From the NCBI GenBank assembly GCA_965243205.1, contig CBDEUK010000002.1:1398007-1462006 (forward strand): a DNA stretch of 64,000 nt, in the 5' to 3' direction. Source of the DNA: Gammaproteobacteria bacterium. Its GTDB lineage: Bacteria; Pseudomonadota; Gammaproteobacteria; Eutrophobiales; Eutrophobiaceae. Shown one piece after another: positions 52,626-60,518 of the stretch; position 1 is the stretch's first letter, and the number at the start of each line of letters is the position of its first letter. Position numbers and translations under genes: made by a program. Under the pieces are notes generated by a model that saw only the letters and a program-made list of their open reading frames with translations, searched no databases and had not been told where the DNA came from.

Positions 52626-53186
52626 ATGAATCTTCTAAAAACCTTATTTATATTATCTTTAATATCACTCTGTTCTTGTGTAGATACTAAAACTGTTAAA
52701 AACTACTCTATTAATGAAGACATAACAATTAATGAAAACGAAGGCTTAATAGTTGTAGAAATTGATTCTAATGATCATCGAACTAGATCACTTATCTATC
52801 AAAATGAATGGGGTTCAGGAACCAATAACCCATTCGGCGCAGCACTTATATCATTAGAAGGAACTGTTGGTGACGATAGATTTAGGATATTTAAAGTAAG
52901 CCCAATCGAAGGAGGATTAAAGTTACAATTTTTTCTAACTTCAGATGGAGCAACATATTATGCTAAAGAGCAAGAGTATAAATTTGATTTCATGCCAGGA
53001 GAAATCACATATATAGGACATATTCGTATAAGTTGGGATTTTGTTAATCAAACAATTAATACATACGTAACAGATAAAGAAAAAGAAATACTAGAAGAGA
53101 TAGAAATCAGATATCCATCCTTATTACGAAAATATAAATTTAATAACATGGTTGATGCTTCCATTAAATCCCTCGAAGATAGGTAA
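52626..53186 (+). CDS. hypothetical lipoprotein (186 aa)
   Basis: Lipobox ISLCS|C. Confidence 0.6.
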   Translation: MNLLKTLFILSLISLCSCVDTKTVKNYSINEDITINENEGLIVVEIDSNDHRTRSLIYQNEWGSGTNNPFGAALISLEGTVGDDRFRIFKVSPIEGGLKLQFFLTSDGATYYAKEQEYKFDFMPGEITYIGHIRISWDFVNQTINTYVTDKEKEILEEIEIRYPSLLRKYKFNNMVDASIKSLEDR

Positions 53187-53221
53187 CTATCTCTTATTTA
53201 TTTTATATATGTGCTCCAACC

Positions 53222-53279
53222 ATATAACAAGTAAATTCATCCGACCGCTGGCTCAGCCGGCTAAATTCAAACGTTAAGG
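53222..53279 (+). mobile_element. candidate integron attC ('59-base element') recombination site
   Basis: 58 bp: ATATAAC-AAGTAAATTCATCCGAC-CGCTGGCTCAGC-CGGCTAAATTCAAAC-GTTAAGG. It has an inverse-core-like left end, a core-like GTTAAGG right end and an imperfect internal palindrome. It is GC-richer than its flanks. Confidence 0.5.
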
Positions 53280-53291
53280 ATCATAAGACTC

Positions 53292-53678
53292 ATGGATCAA
53301 TATTCATATCAAGAAACCAAGGATGATGTGATCTCATTAATGAATGAGACTATCGAGCATGGAGGTTCAATATGTGATGGTTTGGGGCGTGCTGAAGTTG
53401 AGTACTGGCTTGGGCCACTAGAGATAAATGAATCCGAACCAACTCCATATAACCTTAAATTGTTGGCCGCAGTTTCAATTGGCAGCTTGAGGCAGGAAAA
53501 TAGCTTGGAAATAGATGATCTTTATCAAGTTGTTGAGAATCTCCTCGTAAATATGGAAGCACCCGATGTTGCAGCTATAGCGCCTGATTCAATAAATCAG
53601 CTTGTTTGTGAAACATCAAAAGCTTTCGGAGAAAGTCTCGCAAATAAAGTTAAGTCAGTAGTGACAATCAATGCTTAA
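53292..53678 (+). CDS. hypothetical acidic cytoplasmic protein (128 aa), cassette-like
   Basis: No signal peptide. Visibly GC-richer than its neighbours. The stop codon sits inside GCTTAAC, which fits RYYYAAC. Confidence 0.55.
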   Translation: MDQYSYQETKDDVISLMNETIEHGGSICDGLGRAEVEYWLGPLEINESEPTPYNLKLLAAVSIGSLRQENSLEIDDLYQVVENLLVNMEAPDVAAIAPDSINQLVCETSKAFGESLANKVKSVVTINA

Positions 53679-53719
53679 CAAATCATTCCGCATGACAAAT
53701 TAAAAAGTAGATCTAATAA

Positions 53720-54382
53720 ATGAAGTTAAAAAATATATTATCTAATACAAAGAATGCCTTTTTCCTACCATTAATTCTCATAACTTTATCTAGCTGTGGT
53801 GGTGTTGATCAATATAGAGATAACCTAGTTAAAGTCACGGCTCCTAGTTATTTCGTATTAGAAAAACATCTTGAGTATACGTTTGATATTGAAAATGTTT
53901 TTGGACAAGAAGTAGTACGAATAGTTAAATTCAAAAGAGGTAGATATACAGCTTTCTCTGAAAATGAAAATGGGACTTACTATACTACTGAAGATGGTGA
54001 TTATAATTTCTTAAATATTATTAAAGTTGAAGGAGAAGTATTCGGTCACCCTGATACAGGTTTCCATATGGGTGGGTTATGGATTACGAAAGAACAAAAT
54101 CCAAAGGCATTTCCATATCTTATCAATGGAGGCACTAAATCCATTGAGGAAGGTTTAAACTATTTTAATAATAGTAATCTTGAAGTTCCTAGAATAGAAG
54201 AAAATGGTTATGTATATAAAGACCATATACCGAGTATGGGTACTGATGAACTAATATTACATAATGCTGCTTCAAGCACAGTAGTAGGATATCTTGCAAC
54301 TATGGACATTGGAAAGCCAACATTAGAATTAGAAATGCCACCAGAAGTATTTAGAAAAAATATTAAAATTATTCATCATTAA
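53720..54382 (+). CDS. hypothetical lipoprotein (220 aa)
   Basis: Lipobox TLSSC|G. Confidence 0.6.
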   Translation: MKLKNILSNTKNAFFLPLILITLSSCGGVDQYRDNLVKVTAPSYFVLEKHLEYTFDIENVFGQEVVRIVKFKRGRYTAFSENENGTYYTTEDGDYNFLNIIKVEGEVFGHPDTGFHMGGLWITKEQNPKAFPYLINGGTKSIEEGLNYFNNSNLEVPRIEENGYVYKDHIPSMGTDELILHNAASSTVVGYLATMDIGKPTLELEMPPEVFRKNIKIIHH

Positions 54383-54962
54383 CAATCATAGGCCATCGCT
54401 TAAACTTTAATTCAGGCGGTGGCACTGTAATTACATAGACTCTTACCTCATCTCCACTTGATACTAAGAGTCCTGCTATGAATTGACCCTCTTTTAATTC
54501 AATCCAATGAGGATTCTTATCTAAGTCTCTTTCCATAAAACTATCAGCGGGGATTTTAACCTCGAAAAGCCGCTCCTGTTGTATTCCAACGAGTCTCAGT
54601 ACCTTTAAGTTTAATAGCTACACACATTGGGAACTATTATATATAAATACCAGGAGCTGGTCCTTTTTAGAAAATGCTTATATATATCGATACTTCTATA
54701 GAGGTTTTTTGGTTTTAAAGGATAATTCATGGAGTCACCAACTGTTTGTTTGAAAACATTAAGTAACGATAAAGGAGAATAATTTCAAGCAAACTTTAAA
54801 TCAGTTATTCCTTTTTAAAAATAATATTTTTACTTCTAACACATTCTTTTAGAAAACATATCTAATCGTCATATTATTTTAATGATTATTTACTATTATT
54901 AAATTACTCATATTCAAACAGAATATTAATTACACTTTATTTTGGAACAAAGGAAAAAAGGA

Positions 54963-55739
54963 ATGAAAATCTTTCTCACATCATTATTATTTTTGAGTCT
55001 AAATATCTGTCACGCTGCCCATATAAACGTGTTTTTTGCGGGCGGACAGTCTAATGCTAGGGCTACATGGGCTAGCGCTATTGAAAACTCTCTAGTCGAC
55101 TCAGGCGTAGAAAATGTCATGATGGTTCATGATTATCATGGTGGAAACTGGCTTGGCTCTTGGTGGAATCCCTATACAAACTCACCCTCTGATAACTATC
55201 TAAACGACTTCTTTAACCCTGCTGGAACAGGCCTTTTACAGCAAACTCTAGAGAATATTACCAATAATGGTGACACCTTTAGTTTCTCTGGATTCTTCTG
55301 GTTTCAAGGGGAGGGCGATCAAAACGGCGCTGCTCATAGAGATAGATATGTCGATAATTTCGTGGAAATGACGAACCGCCTTCAGTTTGATATCTCAGGC
55401 GAAAGTACTAGAAAATTCCCCATAGCAACCGCTTTAATCGATGTTTCTGATTATGACTTGTATTTAGAATTAGCACTTCAGTCTTACCCAGATCCCGATT
55501 TAAACGAATTAAGACAGTTTATATCCGCTTACGCTGATTCAAATCCTGATGTTGTGGCAGTTGATTCAAGAGGATTCGATAGATACGACCTGTTTCACCT
55601 ATCACAAGCAGGCTCTACAACCTTTGGAACTCAGATGGGGCAGGCGTTTAGCAGTTTATTAGTGCCTATTCCTGCGGCTTTTTGGCTGTTTGTCTCGGCT
55701 TGTATTAGTTTAGTTGGACTAAGAAGAAATAGCCTTTGA
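54963..55739 (+). CDS. SGNH-type esterase (sialate O-acetylesterase/DUF303-like) with VPIPA-type PEP-CTERM tail
   Basis: ATG at 54963 has an AAGGA RBS. Signal peptide, FFAGGQSN block, DLFHL (DxxH), and C-terminus VPIPAAFWLFVSACISLVGLRRN. Confidence 0.7.
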   Translation: MKIFLTSLLFLSLNICHAAHINVFFAGGQSNARATWASAIENSLVDSGVENVMMVHDYHGGNWLGSWWNPYTNSPSDNYLNDFFNPAGTGLLQQTLENITNNGDTFSFSGFFWFQGEGDQNGAAHRDRYVDNFVEMTNRLQFDISGESTRKFPIATALIDVSDYDLYLELALQSYPDPDLNELRQFISAYADSNPDVVAVDSRGFDRYDLFHLSQAGSTTFGTQMGQAFSSLLVPIPAAFWLFVSACISLVGLRRNSL

Positions 55740-55754
55740 ACAAAAATTTTATGA

Positions 55755-56351
55755 TTAATGTTTTCGTTTAAAACCTAATAGACCAAGTAAGGCTGGAGTT
55801 AATAACCAAACTGCTGTAGGGATAGGGACAGATGTTGGTGTAAAGATAGCATACGAAATAGGGCCGTATCTTCCTAAATGTATAGATGAAACATTACCCA
55901 ATAAAGTAGTCCCAATAGCTTTCCATTCAGTGTATGGTGAATATACATCAGCTTCACCAAAATAAGTCCAGTGAGAAGTATAAGATGATTCAAATGGAAG
56001 AAATGGTGAGCCGCCTAAAGTATGAGGAATGACTATAGAATGTGCTACAAACCCAGAAGAATCAGAAACAACATAAAATGGCCCAGAATTTAAAATATCT
56101 GAAATGAAGCCAGTTGATAACAATGCTCCCGAACTATCACCTAAAAAATTAGGTGTTCTATCTAGATCTGGTATCTCACCAAATATGCTAGTAAAAGAAC
56201 CTACATGAAATGTAATGTCATAAACTACATTCGAATACTCATAATTAGTGATTTTAATTACATGACCATAAGGGTTTGTAATAACAGCAGCATTAACAGA
56301 GTTCGATAAACTGAATATTCCAAGCAGAATAAATATTATTTTCTTAATCAT
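55755..56351 (-). CDS. secreted protein with VPIPT-type PEP-CTERM tail
   Basis: Start set at MIKKIIFILLG, whose ATG overlaps the upstream stop (ATGA). C-terminus VPIPTAVWLLTPALLGLLGFKRKH. Confidence 0.7.
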   Translation of the reverse strand: MIKKIIFILLGIFSLSNSVNAAVITNPYGHVIKITNYEYSNVVYDITFHVGSFTSIFGEIPDLDRTPNFLGDSSGALLSTGFISDILNSGPFYVVSDSSGFVAHSIVIPHTLGGSPFLPFESSYTSHWTYFGEADVYSPYTEWKAIGTTLLGNVSSIHLGRYGPISYAIFTPTSVPIPTAVWLLTPALLGLLGFKRKH

Positions 56352-57055
56352 CTTTTCCTTTTTATTCCAACTAACCCAATCAAAGCAGAACCGAATAACC
56401 ATACTGCTGCGGGGGTGGGGACAACTGTGACTGAGAATGTGGGCGAATAGTCTCTATATTCTACGTCTGTAAATTTGTAACGTTTACCACCTCCACCTAA
56501 TCCAAATGTCGTAATTCTTGGTATAATCTCTTCTCGATAAGTGGTATCCATTAAAAATGAACCACCAGTATATTCTGCGAATTGAAGTAATGCTGGGAAA
56601 TCGGGATTGCCATCAAAATTAAACAGGCTCAGTGGAAAGTGAAGGTTGCCTCCCCATCTAAAAGTTGATTCACCAATATCTGTTCCCTGTAATACATTTA
56701 TCTGATCAACCGCTGCAACACCCTCAATAAAATCAGTAATTACAAAATCATTCCCACAGCATAAAGTGTTCCCCCCTCCTTGGTAAATATTATCGAAGTC
56801 TGAGCCAGACAATTTTAATGTCGCGCTTTTCAAATCATATTCAGTTACTTCGAAAGTTCTAAAATTTCTATAACTGTGATCAGAATCATCAATGATATAC
56901 GTAGCATGATAATTAGCTCCATTAAGACTCCATACATAGTCTAAATTGGATTCGGTGGTTTCTGTTAACGTTCCTAAGATTTCAATCTTATATATAGCTG
57001 ATTGAGCTACGTTTGAAGACAACAGTATAAAAAATGTTATTAATATTTTATTCAT
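56348..57055 (-). CDS. secreted protein with VPTPA-type PEP-CTERM tail
   Basis: Signal peptide. C-terminus VPTPAAVWLFGSALIGLVGIKRKR. Confidence 0.7.
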   Translation of the reverse strand: MNKILITFFILLSSNVAQSAIYKIEILGTLTETTESNLDYVWSLNGANYHATYIIDDSDHSYRNFRTFEVTEYDLKSATLKLSGSDFDNIYQGGGNTLCCGNDFVITDFIEGVAAVDQINVLQGTDIGESTFRWGGNLHFPLSLFNFDGNPDFPALLQFAEYTGGSFLMDTTYREEIIPRITTFGLGGGGKRYKFTDVEYRDYSPTFSVTVVPTPAAVWLFGSALIGLVGIKRKR

Positions 57056-57067
57056 TTCTATTTTCTT

Positions 57068-57829
57068 CTAGTGGAGCTTACGACTTTTGAAAACTAATCC
57101 AATTAAAGCTGATCCAAATAACCATATAGCTGCCGGAATTGGTACTGGCTGAGGCAAACTTATAAAAGATAAAGCATCATCACCAATCGAATAATTAAAG
57201 AAATCCCATTCACTACTCGACAATGGGTTATTAGAAAAGCTTTGCCATCCAGATAGATCGAAAGTTCGGGCAGCAAGTTCATATGGTATATCAAATATTA
57301 AATCTGTATTTGCGTAGACTTGTATATTTTCACGCCGATTTTTAAATATCGTATAGGTATGAAAATCTGATGTATCGAAAGGACTAACTATATCAGTTCT
57401 ATCAGGAGAAGAGCCTGCTCTTAACATAAGTTCACCGTTACGTAAGAACAAGAGTAAGTTTCCACTGTCTTTGCCCCCATTCCCCCATCTAAGTTGTATA
57501 ACTCCTCCAGGAGATAGTCCTTGGATAGGTAAAATAGCATTAGGAATTCTTGCTCTAAATTGAAATATTGCTAAATCTGAACTAAAGAACGGATCATTTC
57601 TAACATTTGTAATAGAACCAGTAATCTCTTGAACTGACATTTTTAATATCCCGTTTTCAATTGCTCTGGTATCAGTTCGACTATCGTTATAATTAAAGGG
57701 CTGAGAAGATACATTAGGTAACACACTACCATCATATTCCACAAAGAGAGTGGCAGCCTTAATATTAAATTGAATTGAAAGAAGAGCTAAAAAAAGAGAA
57801 AAGCGAGAAATTGAATTTATATTTAGCAT
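57068..57829 (-). CDS. secreted protein (possibly LamG/concanavalin-like) with VPIPA-type PEP-CTERM tail
   Basis: Signal peptide. C-terminus VPIPAAIWLFGSALIGLVFKSRK. The fold guess is weak. Confidence 0.7.
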   Translation of the reverse strand: MLNINSISRFSLFLALLSIQFNIKAATLFVEYDGSVLPNVSSQPFNYNDSRTDTRAIENGILKMSVQEITGSITNVRNDPFFSSDLAIFQFRARIPNAILPIQGLSPGGVIQLRWGNGGKDSGNLLLFLRNGELMLRAGSSPDRTDIVSPFDTSDFHTYTIFKNRRENIQVYANTDLIFDIPYELAARTFDLSGWQSFSNNPLSSSEWDFFNYSIGDDALSFISLPQPVPIPAAIWLFGSALIGLVFKSRKLH

Positions 57830-58190
57830 TGTTTTATCCTTCCATGAACGAAGTACAAATATTTTAACAAATTTAAATTACCGAGCTATTACAAGCACAA
57901 GTATATTCTATTGGAGATTTAGCTTATATATTATTTTTTCCCTCATCTGCTCCCAAAGTATGAATGACATTTCTTATTCTGTAATTAATTTTTAATACAA
58001 ATGTAACTCTAATCAAACTATATGGGAGTATTTTCCGTAATAGTTTTCTGTTAATTCTCTTTTGAGTTGATTTGAAAACTCACCACTTCTATTAAATAAA
58101 GAATGCTGATGTTTAGTTTGCTTATCAAGTATGTGTTGAACTGAAGGATTATTTATTTTTTTATCAATTTTTATTTAAGGATGTATAAAG

Positions 58191-59807
58191 ATGAAATTAA
58201 CTTATATTACTAAAGTAGCCCCATTACTCCTGGCATATTTTTTTTCTAGTCAATCTTTTGCCTTTGATAGTAGTACTACTACCCCTGATCTTGTTATCAA
58301 TATCTCAGGCTCCTCTTCTCAACAAGAACCATTGGAAGATTTAATAATTTCTTTACAGATCTGTACTGGTAACATTACACAGTATCGAGAAATTAATGAT
58401 GATTTTCGTGCCTATTTTTGTACTGCTAATTCCAATACTGGTGTTGCGAGTAATACAAAAATATTGATCAATGTTCGTTCTAGTGGTGGTTCAATCTGGG
58501 GAGTGGTTCCCATAGCGCGTGATTGGCCTGTCCAATTTATGAATATTTTTAATAGTAATTGTTCAGATACTACAGTGTATCGAAAAACCGCTTCTGGTAG
58601 TGATATGGTTAATCCTGCTGGCGATGGTATCTTTGGTTGTGAAATATTCAATCCAGCTTCTGGATTAGTAAATAATGAATGTCCTAATGGCGTTGCTTAT
58701 GCAACAGACGGTTCTTCTATTGCCTATCCTGGTGGCTTGTTAACACATAAAGGCACTGGGTTTGGTGATACAGTATGTTTACCATCTCACGGTGGTGTAT
58801 CTGATGTTGAAGCATCTTTGTTCTCACACCCCTCAAATTTTGCTTTCTCAGGTCAAACACCCCTATCTGATATCGAAATAAACGCATTAACTACAGTGTC
58901 ACAATATGCTGTTATTTATGGTGTCAAAATAACTGAGCATGAATATAAGTGGTTACAACAAATTCAAGGTTTGGTTGATTATACTGCCGGCGGTACAACT
59001 CTAAATGATGATATTAAAGCAGCATCCGTAATAACAGGAACTGGTACTGTTCCAAGTTTAACCAAAGCTGAAATTGCTGCCATGTTAACCGGCCAAATGT
59101 CATTTCAACAACTTGACCCCAGAATTATTGCTGCTGATATTAATAATCCTATAAATAACAGCGGTATTTATGCCGTTTGTCGCCATAATGTTGGTTCCGG
59201 TGCTCAAGCCACAAACCAAGAGTATTTTTTACAAACTGCGTGTTCTCAAGGTGGTTTACCTATGGTTACTAATGGTCTGTCTGATGACCGAGCTCAGTGG
59301 AATGGTAATACTCTTATTGTTAAAAGGAACACTAGCTCTGCTAGAGTTGATAAATGTTTAAATGACGCTGTAAATGGCAATATTTCAGACGAACCTGGAG
59401 TAGGCTTTAATGATGCAAGCCCAGTTGGCGCTATTGGCTTCGGCCCAATTAACCGTATTTTCGACCCAGGTAAGGATAAATGGTATTTTGTAGCCATCGA
59501 TGGTGTTGAGCCTACTCGAGAGAATGCTCGCCTAGGTTTATATGATTATGTTTATGAACAGTTCTTTCATACCCTAAGCTCCTCTCCAAATAACCCGAGT
59601 CATATTAATACTTTTCTTGATTCTTTGGCTGTTCAATCAGGTAGTCCTACTACTATTGGTACTGTACCAATTAACGGTACTTTAGCTTTAAGTGCAAATG
59701 GTTTTAATTGGGATAACAGTTTGGTTACATGGCGTGGATCACGTGGCAGCAACAGCTGTAGAGCGGTACGTTCTGCTATAGATAATCCAAATATTTCTAA
59801 TCTTTAA
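58191..59807 (+). CDS. large secreted hypothetical protein (538 aa), possibly a PstS/PBP-like fold
   Basis: Signal peptide (…SQSFA|F). INISGSSSQ, SSGGSIWG and GGVSDVE blocks are loosely PBP type-2-like. No CTERM tail. Confidence 0.6.
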   Translation: MKLTYITKVAPLLLAYFFSSQSFAFDSSTTTPDLVINISGSSSQQEPLEDLIISLQICTGNITQYREINDDFRAYFCTANSNTGVASNTKILINVRSSGGSIWGVVPIARDWPVQFMNIFNSNCSDTTVYRKTASGSDMVNPAGDGIFGCEIFNPASGLVNNECPNGVAYATDGSSIAYPGGLLTHKGTGFGDTVCLPSHGGVSDVEASLFSHPSNFAFSGQTPLSDIEINALTTVSQYAVIYGVKITEHEYKWLQQIQGLVDYTAGGTTLNDDIKAASVITGTGTVPSLTKAEIAAMLTGQMSFQQLDPRIIAADINNPINNSGIYAVCRHNVGSGAQATNQEYFLQTACSQGGLPMVTNGLSDDRAQWNGNTLIVKRNTSSARVDKCLNDAVNGNISDEPGVGFNDASPVGAIGFGPINRIFDPGKDKWYFVAIDGVEPTRENARLGLYDYVYEQFFHTLSSSPNNPSHINTFLDSLAVQSGSPTTIGTVPINGTLALSANGFNWDNSLVTWRGSRGSNSCRAVRSAIDNPNISNL

Positions 59808-59823
59808 TGTACATATAATAGTT

Positions 59824-59850
59824 TAGCCCTCTTTAGTGGAGGGCTAATTT
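59824..59850 (+). terminator. rho-independent terminator after the 538-aa gene
   Basis: TAGCCCTC-tttagtg-GAGGGCTA followed by ATTTAT. Confidence 0.6.
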
Positions 59851-60109
59851 ATCACTGGGAAAGCTTTAAGTGTTGTTTCCTTCGATGGATGGTTTTCTTA
59901 CGTTCAAGGGCGGCTATTTTCAATATTAATTAATCTACTTATATAGTCGCTTGGTATCCTTTCTTTTTGACTATATCAATAGCTTGGGAAGCTCTCTTCC
60001 TTGATATAAACCAAGCAGACTCATATTCTTTGTTGTCAGCAGAATCATTTTCCTTATTAAATGAATTCTCATTCTTTGAATAACTGTTTTTCCACGAAAG
60101 GAGTAAGAA

Positions 60110-60421
60110 ATGAGTCTAAATAAAATCTTTCTTTATGCTGAATACCAAGTTTCAATTCCATTTGATCAAATAGATTGGAAACCCATTAATGAAAATATGA
60201 AGCAGTTTGATGGTTTGAAAAGCAAGACCTGGCTGAGTGGATTAAATAATAATACGGTTGGTGGTTTCTATGAATTTTCATCTCAGGATTTAGCACAAAA
60301 ATACATTGATGAATTATTGCTACCTTTTGCAGAAAAGATTAGCGGAAATCTTTCTGTAAAGTTATTTGACGGGAATGTTGTAGCAGAGGCGAGCAAGGGT
60401 ATGGATTCGCCATTTTTCTAA
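60110..60421 (+). CDS. small YdhR-like / ABM-fold protein
   Basis: 103 aa. GLKSKTWL...GGFYEF block resembles the YdhR family as I recall it. Confidence 0.5.
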   Translation: MSLNKIFLYAEYQVSIPFDQIDWKPINENMKQFDGLKSKTWLSGLNNNTVGGFYEFSSQDLAQKYIDELLLPFAEKISGNLSVKLFDGNVVAEASKGMDSPFF

Positions 60422-60470
60422 GGTTATATGGCCAGCAGAATACACAGAATGACTACCTTTTCCAAAAGCA

Positions 60471-60487
60471 ATGTTATAACATAACAT
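60471..60487. promoter_or_regulatory. Zur box ATGTTAT-AAC-ATAACAT
   Basis: Perfect 7-3-7 palindrome containing the GTTAT-N3-ATAAC Zur core. Lies 31 nt upstream of the COG0523 GTPase ATG. Confidence 0.75.
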
Positions 60488-60518
60488 ATTGGATTAGAGT
60501 TTTAAAAGAGATGAGTTT

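Larger units (their letters stand above)
51086..59850. other. candidate genomic island adjacent to tRNA-Ile2 (AT-rich, orphan secreted/lipoprotein genes, no integrase)
   Basis: Conserved synteny ends abruptly at the tRNA. Intergenic DNA here is longer and very AT-rich, and no gene has a recognisable housekeeping function. The right boundary is uncertain. Confidence 0.55.

Noticed and set aside
53672-53715. Second attC candidate after the 128-aa ORF (GCTTAACAAATCATTCCGCATGACAAATTAAAAAGTAGATC), plus a third TAACAA-initiated stretch at 54377-54430
   Set aside because: They begin with good inverse-core-like sequences, but they are too short or lack a GTTRRRY core and a convincing internal palindrome. 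At best they are decayed remnants, and they are mentioned only in support of the cassette hypothesis.
59860-60109. Minus-strand open frame (…NDSADNKEYESAWFISRKRASQAIDIVKKKGYQATI) in the gap before the YdhR-like gene
   Set aside because: It has no start codon in frame, runs into the antisense of the next gene, and has no recognisable motif. It could be a remnant, but the evidence is insufficient.
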